The translations under genes and the position numbers were made by a program. From contig QEVF01000019.1 of assembly GCA_003576915.1 (NCBI GenBank), positions 71,153-135,152 on the forward strand: DNA of 64,000 nt, written 5' to 3'. The first letter of the stretch is position 1; each line of letters starts with the position of its first letter. This document shows, piece after piece, positions 36,316 to 45,611 of the stretch. Under the pieces are notes generated by a model. The model had not been told where the DNA came from and searched no databases. It worked only from the letters and a program-made list of their open reading frames with translations. Source of the DNA: Planctomycetota bacterium. GTDB lineage: Bacteria > Planctomycetota > UBA8742 > UBA2392.

Positions 36316-38046
36316 CTACCCGCCAACCTGCGCCTGCTGTTCAAAGTGGGCGCGCCAGGCGGCGGCGTTGGTGCCGTAGTCCTTGCCGCCCGCCAGCTCG
36401 GTCAGGGCCGTGCGCGCCGCCTCAGCCACCACTTTGTCGCTGTCCCTGAGCATGCCGATCAGCGTGCCCGCAGCTTTCCTGTCTCCGACCTTGCCCAGAG
36501 CCCAGGCGATGGAGGATTTCAGATCCGTGTTCTCCTGACGTCCCAGCATGTCGAGGATGGGCTGGCAGGTCTCGCGGGCCTTCAGGTCGGCCGCCAGAGA
36601 AAGCGCCGTAAAACGCACGGTGGCTGATTCGTCGCGCAGGGCCTGCACGATGGCTGAAACGGCGCCAAGCCCCTTGTCTTTGGCCTCCTGGCGCAGCGCC
36701 CTGGCGCGATTGGCAGGCTTGCTCATGTCTGAGGTGTCCACCGACGGCGCCGGCCTGCCCTTGCCTCCCGCCGCAGCGGGAGGACCCTCTGTCGGCTCGC
36801 GTGTCAGGGGTGCATCCGTCAGGCGCGCGGTGGAATAGCGGTAGTAAACTTCCAGGCACAGGATGGAGCAGGCAGTGCTGTACAGCCGGCCTGCCACGGG
36901 ACCGATCCAGGAATCCACAGGATCCCAGCTTCCCTTGTGTTCCTTGAGTTCAAGCTCCTGATGCTGGAGCAGGGCGGCCTTGAGCGCCTCATTCCAGCAC
37001 TCCCAGTCGGGGCCGGCGCCGTCCGTGGCCAGGAAGAGGCCCAGGGTGCAGTAGTACCAGCCGTAAAACGTGTCAAAGTTCGGGTCGTGGCTGCCGGGAT
37101 TCGGCTTGAGAAAGTTCTTCCAGTCCGGGCGGTGCTCGGCCAGCAGCTTCATGGCGGCGACGTTCTTCCTGGCGTGGGCTTCGCGATCCAGGATGACCCT
37201 CGCCGTCAGGCCCACGCCGGTCATGGCAATGCCCTTGCGGTAGGGAAACGGGCTCTTGTCGGCGTAGTAGGTCTCGCCGCTGTCCAGCGTCATGTCTCCG
37301 TAGAGTTGAGACATGCGCTTCCAGCAGCTCTCGCCCACGCCGATACCCACCGCGCGGGCACTCTTCAGGGCCAGCACAGCCCAGCCCGCGATGGACAAAT
37401 CGTTCCGAAGCACTTTGCGCGCTGAGTCCGTCACTTCGCCGCGGTAGTCCCAGCCGCCCTTGGCGGACTGGGTGCGTTCCAGAAAGCGCACGGCACGCTC
37501 GGCGCTTCGCTTGAATCTCTCGTCGCCCGTCAGGCCGTAGGCTTCACACATGGCCAAGGTCGCCACGCCATGGGTGTACATCTGGATGCCGCTGAGGGCA
37601 TGGTCAAAGGAACCCGAGCCCTGCTGCTGGCGCAGCAGCCACTCCAGGGCGCGGCGCACGTTGTCTGAAAACTCGCCCTGCTCCGGCGTGTGGCCGGCGG
37701 CCAGGAAGGGCAGCACACAGAGGGCTGAAACCGGCGTGCGCATGGCCGCGCCCCAGTTCTCGTTGATCCCGGAGTCAAACAGCGTGTCCTGGCGGCCTGT
37801 GGGGTCCCAGCTTCCGTCACTGGACTGGACGGAGGCGAGCCAGGCCAAGCCCAGATTCACGGCGTTCTCCGTGCCGGAGTCGCCTCCGTGGCGCTTGAGG
37901 GCCGCGGCGCGGCTGTTCCCGCTGCGGTTCTTGTACAGACCCCCGCCGGCAAACTCCCGGCCTGTGGAGGGCGTGCGATGCCCTTCGCCCAGGCCCGCCC
38001 CGGCGTTGCGCGGCAGACGAGGCAGCTCCGTGGCGCGGCTAGGCAT
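36316..38046 (-). CDS. Prenyltransferase/squalene-oxidase-repeat protein with C-terminal HEAT repeats (probably the 3' part of a frameshifted longer gene)
   Basis: ENAVNLGLAWLASVQSSDGSWD..., LEWLLRQQQGSGSFD..., FLERTQSAKGGWDY... are terpenoid-cyclase-like alpha/alpha repeats. The C-terminal HEAT units read ALRDESATVRFTALSLAADL..., WALGKVGDRKAAGTLIGMLRDSDKVVAEAA. Confidence 0.7.
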   Translation of the reverse strand: MPSRATELPRLPRNAGAGLGEGHRTPSTGREFAGGGLYKNRSGNSRAAALKRHGGDSGTENAVNLGLAWLASVQSSDGSWDPTGRQDTLFDSGINENWGAAMRTPVSALCVLPFLAAGHTPEQGEFSDNVRRALEWLLRQQQGSGSFDHALSGIQMYTHGVATLAMCEAYGLTGDERFKRSAERAVRFLERTQSAKGGWDYRGEVTDSARKVLRNDLSIAGWAVLALKSARAVGIGVGESCWKRMSQLYGDMTLDSGETYYADKSPFPYRKGIAMTGVGLTARVILDREAHARKNVAAMKLLAEHRPDWKNFLKPNPGSHDPNFDTFYGWYYCTLGLFLATDGAGPDWECWNEALKAALLQHQELELKEHKGSWDPVDSWIGPVAGRLYSTACSILCLEVYYRYSTARLTDAPLTREPTEGPPAAAGGKGRPAPSVDTSDMSKPANRARALRQEAKDKGLGAVSAIVQALRDESATVRFTALSLAADLKARETCQPILDMLGRQENTDLKSSIAWALGKVGDRKAAGTLIGMLRDSDKVVAEAARTALTELAGGKDYGTNAAAWRAHFEQQAQVGG

Positions 38047-38576
38047 GGGGGGCGCAACGTCAGGCTCGGGCGCAAAGACCTTTTCTTCGGGCCCTCTGAC
38101 CCCGGCGCCAGGTCTTTGAAGACCTGTTCGGGCGAGATCGTGGTTTCGTCGTCCGGCGCGGCAATCAGCGACTCGGTTTTCTCCGGTGACTCGATGGGTG
38201 CCGGCGGCGCCAGGCCCGCGAAGTCAGGCTCAACCTTGGCAACAGAGACTTCGCGCAGAGGTGAAAGCGGCGTGATCAGGAGCAGGATGGCAAACAGCAG
38301 CGCGTGGGCCAGCAGCGCAAAGGTCAGGCTGTGCAACGTCCACACGCTGGCCATGCGCAAGGCTGCCACGGCGCGCCGCGCCACGGGTACGCGAATGCGT
38401 TTGACGGCCCGAACCCGGGCCCCCGTGCCGCGCAGGACGCCAGGCGAGACGGCGCCCGCGCCGGCCGTGAATTCAAGCGCGGCAGGCGCCAGGCACCTGC
38501 GGCAGGGCTGGGCGGAATAGTCCAGGGCCTCGTGACAGCGAGGGCAGGCCAGACTTTGCTCAAGCACGGGCTGCAT
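37857..38576 (-). CDS. Zinc-ribbon plus single-TM protein fragment (likely the N-terminal part of the downstream prenyltransferase-repeat gene; its tail is out of frame)
   Basis: ATG at 38576 (a GTG at 38618 is an alternative). The sequence starts MQPVLEQSLACPRCHEALDYSAQPCRRC and has the TM HSLTFALLAHALLFAILLLITPL. After ...EQVFKDLAPG the frame becomes Arg/Pro/Cys-rich junk and overlaps ORF 36316..38046 by 190 nt. Confidence 0.5.
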   Translation of the reverse strand: MQPVLEQSLACPRCHEALDYSAQPCRRCLAPAALEFTAGAGAVSPGVLRGTGARVRAVKRIRVPVARRAVAALRMASVWTLHSLTFALLAHALLFAILLLITPLSPLREVSVAKVEPDFAGLAPPAPIESPEKTESLIAAPDDETTISPEQVFKDLAPGSEGPKKRSLRPSLTLRPPCLAAPRSCLVCRATPGRAWAKGIARPPQAGSLPAGVCTRTAAGTAAPRPSSATEATPARRTP

Positions 38577-38659
38577 CAGGAAGATCCTGGGGTGGACCTT
38601 CGGGGATCTACGCCCCACAAGTCTACCCGTTGTGTGCGCTTAGGCAAACGCAAACCCGG

Positions 38660-38962
38660 TCACGTGAGGATCAGCAGTTCCCGCCTCCAGGCCCAGAGGG
38701 CCACTGCCGCCAGGGCCACGTTCGTCAGGGTTACCAAGGCGGCCAGGGCGAGAAAGCCCGGCTTGCGCGTCTTGTGCCGCAGCAGAAACATGCCGCCCAG
38801 CATGCCGGGCGCGGCCAGAGGCAGGCCCAGGAGAAGCAGCGTTCGTTCGGGAATGCGCCACTGGCGGCGTTGGGCGCGCCGTTTGTCGGACCATTGCGCG
38901 AGGAAGGCCACCGCGTTGGCCAGGGCGAGAAAACCAGCGAGCCAGGACACCGGCAGGCTCAT
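38660..38962 (-). CDS. DUF1294-family small membrane protein
   Basis: 100 aa. LAQWSDKRRAQRRQWRIPERTLLLLGLPLAAPGMLGGMFLLRHKTRKPGF is the DUF1294 pattern (DK..A....WRI.E..L......GG..G......HKT.K). It overlaps the upstream aminotransferase stop by 4 nt. Confidence 0.7.
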   Translation of the reverse strand: MSLPVSWLAGFLALANAVAFLAQWSDKRRAQRRQWRIPERTLLLLGLPLAAPGMLGGMFLLRHKTRKPGFLALAALVTLTNVALAAVALWAWRRELLILT

Positions 38963-40125
38963 GGCTTCAGCTTTGCCAGCCGCCTGCAGGCCTCGGCCAG
39001 GGCGTCGGCCGGCTTGGCGTAGCAGAATCGAAGCAGCTTGCTGCCCCGCCCGCTGCCGGGCTCGTAGAAGGCGCCCCCGGGGATGGCGGCGATCCTGGCT
39101 CGTGCCAGCAGCTCACGGCTGGCCGCCTGATCGTCGGGCCAGTTCAGCCGTGAGAAGTCAGCCATGACGTAGTAGCTGCCCTGGGGCCGGTAGGGCAGAA
39201 AGCCGCCCTGTTCGAGGGCGTCGCAGACAGCGTCGCGGTCGCGCTCGTACTGCCGGCGCATGTCCTCGTAGTAGGTCTGCGGCGCGTCCAGACCCCGCAG
39301 CACGCCGCGCTGAAGCGGGTGGGGGGCGCAGACGTACAGCAGATCGCTGACCACCGCCGCGCGGCGGATGATGGCCTCAGGACCCGCCAGATAACCGATG
39401 CGCCAGCCTGTAATACTGAAGGTCTTGCTGTAACCGCCGAGGGTCAGGGTGCGCTCGCGCAGGTTGCCCATGGCGGCCACGCTGATGTGGCGCTGACCGC
39501 CGTAAACGATGTACTCGTAGATCTCGTCGCTGAACAGCAGCAGGTCGTGGCGCTCGGCAAGCTGGCCAAGCCAGCGGATGTCATCTTCGCTATAGACCAT
39601 GCCGGAAGGGTTGCTGGGCGTGCACAGCACGAGGGCCCGCGTTCTCGCGGACAGGGCCTGCTCCACGCTGGCGCGGTTCAGCTTCATGGTGGCCAGGTCC
39701 AGGCGTGCATAGCGCGGCACGACGCCGGCCAGCAGCAGGGTATTGAGGTGGTAGCCGTAGTAGGGCTCGATGAGCACGGCTTCAGAGCCCGGGTCGAGCG
39801 TGGCAAACAGGCCCGCGGCAAAGGCGCCCGACGAGCCCACCGTGATGCAGACCTCGGACTCCGGGTTGTAGCGCAGGCCGTTGAAGCGCAGCAGCTTGTC
39901 GGCCAGCTTCTGACGCAGCTCGAGGATGCCCATGGCGTGGGTATAGGTCGCCTTGCCCTCGCGGATGGCGGCGATGGCGCCTTCAGCCACGAGGGGGTGG
40001 GTGGGCAGGTCGCAGATGCCCTGGCCCATGTTGATGCCACCGACCTTCTCGCACTCGATGGTCAGGCGCCGGATGTCGCTTTGCACCAGGCCCTTCATGC
40101 GGGCCGCCGTGAATCGTTCGCTCAT
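38959..40125 (-). CDS. Class I/II pyridoxal-phosphate-dependent aminotransferase
   Basis: 388 aa. Motifs: INMGQGICDLP, TPSNPSGMVYS, LLFSDEIYEYIVY, and GGYSKTFSITGWRIGY, which carries the PLP lysine. Confidence 0.85.
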   Translation of the reverse strand: MSERFTAARMKGLVQSDIRRLTIECEKVGGINMGQGICDLPTHPLVAEGAIAAIREGKATYTHAMGILELRQKLADKLLRFNGLRYNPESEVCITVGSSGAFAAGLFATLDPGSEAVLIEPYYGYHLNTLLLAGVVPRYARLDLATMKLNRASVEQALSARTRALVLCTPSNPSGMVYSEDDIRWLGQLAERHDLLLFSDEIYEYIVYGGQRHISVAAMGNLRERTLTLGGYSKTFSITGWRIGYLAGPEAIIRRAAVVSDLLYVCAPHPLQRGVLRGLDAPQTYYEDMRRQYERDRDAVCDALEQGGFLPYRPQGSYYVMADFSRLNWPDDQAASRELLARARIAAIPGGAFYEPGSGRGSKLLRFCYAKPADALAEACRRLAKLKP

Positions 40126-40138
40126 GGGTTCCTTCGCT

Positions 40139-41092
40139 TCAGCCCAGGCTGTGCCACAGGCGCTTGACGGAATCGTGGGGCAGGTAGGCCAGCATGAAGC
40201 CCAGTTGCAGGAAGATCATCATGTAGTACATCTGGCGCCACGCCGGGTGGTTCTCGCTTCGCGTCAGTGATTCAGGGTCGGACAACACAAGCAGGGCCAC
40301 ATAGCCACCCCATATTGTCGAGATGGCTCCGAGAAACAGCAGGTCCACCAGGTTTCCGTGCAGCACGCCACCCAGCGCCCCGGCCGAGATCAGCAGAAAC
40401 GGCGCAAACAGGAAAGGCGCAATCATGCGCGCCGCGGCCTTCGGTCCGTGCATGACCGGCAGCGTGCGCACGCCGTATGCGGCGTCGCCCGTGACGTCGC
40501 TGAAGTCTTTGGTGGTCGTGGCTCCGAACAGAAACAGGCCCATGATGGCCCCGATGAACCACGCCTCGAGACTGGCGGCACTCGCCACCAGGCTCCAGCC
40601 TGCCACCTTCAGCAGGGTGCCGCGCGGCAGGGCCACGGTGGCGTTGGCCAGCCAGCCTCTCATTTTGAGGCGCGCAGGCGGTGCCGAGTAAAGCACGCTG
40701 AACACGGCGGCGCCGATGAACAGGGCCAGGGTGTCGAGGCGTCCCGTGAGGGTGCTGCATAGCGCGGCCAGCAAAAGCGCCGCCAGCCCCGTGACGGCCG
40801 CGAAGATCAGGGCCTGACCGGGCGAGAGCTCACCCTGGGGCAGGGGGCGCTCAGGCTTGTTGATGCGGTCAATGTCCAGGTCAAACACCTGGTTGAGGGC
40901 ATTACTGCCCGCGTTGAGCAATGCCGCGGCAAAGGAGCCGAGCACCAGCGTCGAGAACAGGGCCTGGGGCTGAACCAGCCTTTCCGCGGGCACGGCAAAC
41001 CAGGCCACCACGCCGCCCGAGAACATGCCCAGTGCGGGCGCCAGCAGCGTAAAGGGGCGCGCCAGCCTGATGTAAGCGTCCAGGGTGCGCAT
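40139..41092 (-). CDS. UbiA-family aromatic/isoprenoid prenyltransferase
   Basis: ATG at 41092 within ORF 40139..41596. The upstream part of that ORF overlaps the M23 gene in another frame. The sequence starts MRTLDAYIRLARPFTL, has the first Asp-rich motif NALNQVFDLDIDRINKPERPLP, and is multi-TM throughout. Confidence 0.8.
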   Translation of the reverse strand: MRTLDAYIRLARPFTLLAPALGMFSGGVVAWFAVPAERLVQPQALFSTLVLGSFAAALLNAGSNALNQVFDLDIDRINKPERPLPQGELSPGQALIFAAVTGLAALLLAALCSTLTGRLDTLALFIGAAVFSVLYSAPPARLKMRGWLANATVALPRGTLLKVAGWSLVASAASLEAWFIGAIMGLFLFGATTTKDFSDVTGDAAYGVRTLPVMHGPKAAARMIAPFLFAPFLLISAGALGGVLHGNLVDLLFLGAISTIWGGYVALLVLSDPESLTRSENHPAWRQMYYMMIFLQLGFMLAYLPHDSVKRLWHSLG

Positions 41093-41192
41093 CAGGCTGC
41101 GCGGCCGGGCCAAGTCCGATGAAAGAGTGCCGCCGCTCAAGTTCAGGCTCCCGGCGGCGCATGTTAGCAAGGTTCGGCAAGGGAGCCGGGGC

Positions 41193-42452
41193 TCAGTCCT
41201 TGAGGCCCTTCTTGATCTCGATTTCCTGGATCTTCTTCTTGAGGTCTTTGTATTCGGCGTCTTCCTTCTTGTAGACCTTGAGCAGATCGCGGTAGATGCG
41301 CAGTGCCTTGTCCCAGTCTTCCTTCTCCTCGGCGGCCTTGGCGTCCATCCAGGCGCGCTGGGCGATCTGCTTGGCGGCCCACTCTTTGAAGGCGGGGTCG
41401 TTCTTGAGGTCGAGCAGGGCTTTCTCGATGCGGTCCTGCGCTTCCTTGTCGCCGTAGCGCTTCTTGAGTTCCTTGAAGCGCTTGTCGGCGCCCGGGTAGT
41501 CGCCCTTGCGTGCTTCCTCAATGGCGGCGCTGATTTCCTTCTCCATCTCCGCCTTGCACTCCTCAATGCGCGCCAGGGCGTTTTCGTAGGCTTCAATCAG
41601 TACTTCACGCTGGGTGGCCAGGCGGAAAAACCTGAGCGCCTCGTCGAACTTGCCCGCCTTGAAGGCCGCTTCCCCCTTGGCGAAGTCGGACTTGATCTGC
41701 TCGATGACTTCCTGGGGCGTGCCCTTGTTGCCGCTCACGGGGCTTGCGCCGTACTGCGGCACGCCGTTGGTGGCGGCGTAATCGATAAAGCGGCAGGGGT
41801 AGTCCACCATGTTCTTCCAGATCACGAAGTGCAGGTGCTGGCTCTCGTTGGAACCCTGGCAGATCTTCTGGCCCGCCAGCACTTTGTCGCCCACCTTGAC
41901 CAGTGAAGTACCGCTGCCGATGTGGGCGTAAACGCTCTCTTCGCCGTCGGCGTGCCGGATGCGCAGGCAGTTGTCGTTCTCCTTGCCCGCGGGCTCGGCG
42001 TCATGGGCAAGGGTGACCGTCCCGTCTCGCGCCGCGCAGATGTATTCGCCGCGCACGATATTGAAGTCCCAGGCGTAGTAATTCTGCGCCTGCATGTGGG
42101 TGGCGCGCGGCGGGCCGATCCTGTTGCCGTTCCAGCTCTGATAGACCTTGTGGGACTCGCCCGCGGGCCACGGCAGGTAATACTTGGCGGGCCAGGTAAG
42201 GTCTTCGGCGGCGCCCTGAATGTCGGTCCAGGGCTTGATGCCCGGGCGCTTGTCCGTGCTGCCCGCGCTGACCAGTTTTTCGGTTTCTTCGTAGCGTTTC
42301 TCGAGCTCAGCCTGGCTCGGCGCACAGGCTTTGCCCGTGGTCTTGGGTGACTTGGCCTGGGCCTCGGTCGTTCCGCCGGTGAGCAGGCCTGCTACGCCAT
42401 ACAACATCAGGCCAACCAGCGCGGCTGCTGCAACAAGCTTGCGCTCGTTCAT
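41193..42452 (-). CDS. M23/LytM-family peptidase-like protein with a C-terminal TPR-like helical domain
   Basis: ATG at 42452 gives MNERKLVAAAALVGLMLYGVAGLL (signal/TM). The LytM core is YYAWDFNIVRGEYICAARDGTV...LRIRHADGEESVYAHIGSG...VGDKVLAGQKI...SQHLHFVIW. The usual HxxxD histidine position reads Y (YYAWD). The C-terminal repeats resemble TPR (FKAGKFDEALRFF...). Confidence 0.7.
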   Translation of the reverse strand: MNERKLVAAAALVGLMLYGVAGLLTGGTTEAQAKSPKTTGKACAPSQAELEKRYEETEKLVSAGSTDKRPGIKPWTDIQGAAEDLTWPAKYYLPWPAGESHKVYQSWNGNRIGPPRATHMQAQNYYAWDFNIVRGEYICAARDGTVTLAHDAEPAGKENDNCLRIRHADGEESVYAHIGSGTSLVKVGDKVLAGQKICQGSNESQHLHFVIWKNMVDYPCRFIDYAATNGVPQYGASPVSGNKGTPQEVIEQIKSDFAKGEAAFKAGKFDEALRFFRLATQREVLIEAYENALARIEECKAEMEKEISAAIEEARKGDYPGADKRFKELKKRYGDKEAQDRIEKALLDLKNDPAFKEWAAKQIAQRAWMDAKAAEEKEDWDKALRIYRDLLKVYKKEDAEYKDLKKKIQEIEIKKGLKD

Positions 42453-42513
42453 GGGTGCACTTTTTCTGGCCCAGCCTGGCGCGATGTTCCCGATGCGCCC
42501 GCTTACTAACGGG

Positions 42514-43335
42514 TTACATGCTAGCAGGTTCATTCCCTGTCGTCACGGCCTGCGCGGGTGCTTCGGCTGAAGGCGCTGCCTGCTCCGACGAGATCAGCAG
42601 CAGAGTGGCGCCGGCCGCGCCTGCCGCCAGCACCAGCAGGTTCAACACGGGCACCAGCATGGCCAGGTCGCAGGCCGCGCCGAGCCCCGTCACGGACCAG
42701 CGCCAGCGCCAGAACAATCCATAGCGCTCGCGCACCCGCAGGTGCCTCATGCCCAGCGGGTTGTCCAGGAGGTCGCCTCCCTGCAGCCAGCCGCGGATGG
42801 GTACGGCAATGATGGCGCCCACGCCCGTGAACAGGGCCAGCAGCGCCAGGGGCAACTCGATGACCAGCCCCACCACCATGAGCTTGGCTGACAGCACAAA
42901 GGCCCCCATCTGCCGGCGCATGAAACTGCGGGTCTGGGGCGGCACGAGGGGCCGTCCTGTGTAGCGCTCATATACCCTTTCAACGATGGGGTCGATGAAC
43001 AGGGGGGCAAGCAGGGCCATGACGGGCATGAACAGGAAGTAGGCCAGGAGCAGGGCGAGCACAAACACCAGGGCGCTGCCCAGCCAACCCAGCCACGAGG
43101 CCCATCCCTGTTGGGCGATCCACTCGCTGATCCAACCGTGCAGCAGGAACCAGCCCAGCAGCACGCCGCCCAGCAAAACCAGCAAGCTCAGCAGCGCGGG
43201 GGCCAGGGCGTAGCGGAAGAGCCCTCCGCCGGGCGCGACCAGCTTCAGCCCTGCAAAGAAGGCGTTGATGCCCGTAAAGAAGCCGCGCCAGTTTTCGGCC
43301 AATGGCGCGTCAATGGGCAGGGGCGACGGTGTCAT
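42514..43335 (-). CDS. EI24/CysZ-family membrane protein
   Basis: ATG at 43335 within ORF 42514..43494, overlapping the cyclase stop (ATGA). WRGFFTGINAFFAGLKLVAPGGGLFRYALAPALLSLLVLL... and the later ...LDNPLGMRH... follow the CysZ/EI24 layout as I recall it. Confidence 0.55.
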   Translation of the reverse strand: MTPSPLPIDAPLAENWRGFFTGINAFFAGLKLVAPGGGLFRYALAPALLSLLVLLGGVLLGWFLLHGWISEWIAQQGWASWLGWLGSALVFVLALLLAYFLFMPVMALLAPLFIDPIVERVYERYTGRPLVPPQTRSFMRRQMGAFVLSAKLMVVGLVIELPLALLALFTGVGAIIAVPIRGWLQGGDLLDNPLGMRHLRVRERYGLFWRWRWSVTGLGAACDLAMLVPVLNLLVLAAGAAGATLLLISSEQAAPSAEAPAQAVTTGNEPASM

Positions 43336-44243
43336 TGGGCGTCCAGCCTCTGGCTGGGGGCATGCACGTAGTCCCATTCCGGCGGCGGCGCATAGAGCAT
43401 GTAGTGGCGGCAGCGGCGCGTGAACAGGCGCGAGGGCCCATCGTCGCCCACGAGGCGGTTGACGTCGGCGAAGTAGCTCTCCGCCTGCTCCCACTCGCGC
43501 CGGCGATAGAGGTCCAGGCCGCGCTCGAACAGGCCCATGGCTTCCCGCACGGGGGCTGACACGCTCTCGGGCGTGCCCACCAGTTCATGCACGGTGGTGG
43601 TGCGTCCGCCGGGTGCGCGCAGGGTGTCCAGTTCCCGGGTCACCATCTGGCCGCGCACGGCCGCGGCCGTCTCCCGCGAAACGAGGATGGGCACGCCGTA
43701 GAGCCGCGTGCAGGCGCGAAGCTGCTCGCACCAGTTCACGAGATCGCCGATGGCCGTGTAGATGAGCCGCTGCTCAGAGCCGAAGTTGCCCACGATGCAA
43801 GGGCCGGTGCACAGCGCGATGCTGGCCTTGATGTGCGCAAAGCCCTTGAGCTGCCACTGCGCTGCCAGCCGCACAATCTCGCGCATGCCGGCCAGGGCCG
43901 CCTGGCAGGCGTGAAGGGGATGCTCGCGGTCTTCCTGGGGCGCGCCGAAAATCGTGAACACTGCCTCATTGAAGAAGGCATCTACCAGCCCGCGATGCTC
44001 CGTTACGCAGCGCGTGATGCCGCCAAAATAGGTGTTGAGCAGTTCCACGATGGCCTCGGGCGAGGCGTAGTTGGTCAGCTCGATGAAGCCTTCAATGTCA
44101 AACAGGCCAAGGCTGACGGGGCGGCGGCGCGCGCCCTCCGTCAGCATGGAAGGTTCCTTCTCGGCCAGCTCCAGCAGGGAGCGCCCGACCAGCTTCTCAA
44201 GCGGCCCGCGGAAACTCTTGGTTTTACCCCACGAAATCGGCAT
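43332..44243 (-). CDS. Class III adenylate/guanylate cyclase-domain protein (non-canonical catalytic residues) with a C-terminal TPR-like tail
   Basis: VSLGLFDIEGFIELTN..., HRGLVDAFFNEAVFTIFGAPQ..., GPCIVGNFGSEQRLIYTAIGDLVNWCEQL... This is a CHD fold pattern, but the usual K..GD reads A..NE. Confidence 0.7.
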   Translation of the reverse strand: MPISWGKTKSFRGPLEKLVGRSLLELAEKEPSMLTEGARRRPVSLGLFDIEGFIELTNYASPEAIVELLNTYFGGITRCVTEHRGLVDAFFNEAVFTIFGAPQEDREHPLHACQAALAGMREIVRLAAQWQLKGFAHIKASIALCTGPCIVGNFGSEQRLIYTAIGDLVNWCEQLRACTRLYGVPILVSRETAAAVRGQMVTRELDTLRAPGGRTTTVHELVGTPESVSAPVREAMGLFERGLDLYRRREWEQAESYFADVNRLVGDDGPSRLFTRRCRHYMLYAPPPEWDYVHAPSQRLDAQ

Positions 44244-44348
44244 GGCGCAAAGCTAGCAAGCCTCGCGACAAAGAAAACCCGTCGCGCGGCCTTCATGGCA
44301 TCTTGTGCGGGCGCGGCTATACTTCGCGCGACCGAATCAGGAGCCACC

Positions 44349-45554
44349 ATGGCCGTCAACCTTTCGAAGATTCCGACTCTGGCAAAGCTGGGAGACGTCC
44401 GCGGGCAGAGAGTGCTGCTTCGGGCTGATTTCAATGTGCCGCAGGACGACGCGGGCAACATCACGAGCGATCTGCGCATCCAGGCGTCCATGCCCACGGT
44501 CCGCTGGCTGCTCGACAAGGGGGCGAAGCTGATCATGATGAGCCACCTGGGCCGCCCCAAGGGCAAGGGCCTCGAGCCCGAGTTCTCGCTCAAGCCCGTG
44601 GCCAGGCGGCTTTCGGAGCTGCTGGGCTTTGACGTCAAGCTGATGCCGGATTGCGTGGGTGAGCAGGTGCGCGGCGCCACCAACCAGCTCGCCGCCGGCC
44701 GGGCCCTTTTGCTGGAGAACCTGCGCTTTCACGCCGAGGAGCAGAAGGGCGACGAAGCCTTCGGCCGCCAGCTCGCCCAACTGGGCGAGTTCTACGTCAA
44801 TGATGCCTTCGGCACCTGCCACCGCGGCGATGCCAGCATGACCTGGCCGGCCAGGCTGCTGCGTTCCTGCGCCGGAGAACTGGTGCGCGCCGAGGTGGAG
44901 GCCATGGCCCGCGTGCTGGAAAATCCCGCGCGCCCGCTGATCGCCGTGGTGGGCGGGGCCAAGGTCAAGGACAAGCTGCCCCTGCTCAACAACATGCTCT
45001 CGCGCGTGAACGAGGTCTGCATCGGCGGAGGCATGGCCTATACCTTCCTCAAGGCACGGGGCCACAAGATCGGCAAGTCGCTGCTGGACGAAGGCAGCCT
45101 CAAACTTGCCGAGCAGGTGCTGCTCAAGGCGCGGGAACTCGATGTCGTCATCCATCTGCCCACCGACCACGTTTGTGCCACGTCTCTTGATGACGAGCAG
45201 GCCCACCGCGTCATGGGCGCGATTCCTGATGACCAGGCCGCCTTTGACATCGGCGACCAGACGGCCCGAACCTTCAGTGCTGCTATCGGCCGCGCCAAGA
45301 CTCTGCTTTTCAACGGGCCTGTGGGCGTCTTCGAGAAGGAGCGCTTCAGCAACGGCACGCGCGCGGTGGTCAACGCCATCGCCGAGGCCACGCTCGCGGG
45401 CGCCTATTCGGTCGTGGGCGGCGGCGACAGCGCGGCAGCCGTGGAGGCCTTCAACATGGCAGACAAGATGAGCCACGTCAGCACCGGGGGCGGGGCCAGC
45501 CTTACGCTGCTGGAGGGCGGGGCCATGCCCGGGCTTGAGGCGCTGGTGCGGTAG
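44349..45554 (+). CDS. pgk: Phosphoglycerate kinase
   Basis: ATG at 44349 within ORF 43587..45554. Motifs: [33 protein letters not shown] and GGGDSAAAV. Confidence 0.95.
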   Translation: MAVNLSKIPTLAKLGDVRGQRVLLRADFNVPQDDAGNITSDLRIQASMPTVRWLLDKGAKLIMMSHLGRPKGKGLEPEFSLKPVARRLSELLGFDVKLMPDCVGEQVRGATNQLAAGRALLLENLRFHAEEQKGDEAFGRQLAQLGEFYVNDAFGTCHRGDASMTWPARLLRSCAGELVRAEVEAMARVLENPARPLIAVVGGAKVKDKLPLLNNMLSRVNEVCIGGGMAYTFLKARGHKIGKSLLDEGSLKLAEQVLLKARELDVVIHLPTDHVCATSLDDEQAHRVMGAIPDDQAAFDIGDQTARTFSAAIGRAKTLLFNGPVGVFEKERFSNGTRAVVNAIAEATLAGAYSVVGGGDSAAAVEAFNMADKMSHVSTGGGASLTLLEGGAMPGLEALVR

Positions 45555-45611
45555 CGCTGATTTCCGAAGGAGCCACGGCCGCCTGCAATGCATCATTCAG
45601 GACCCTACCTC

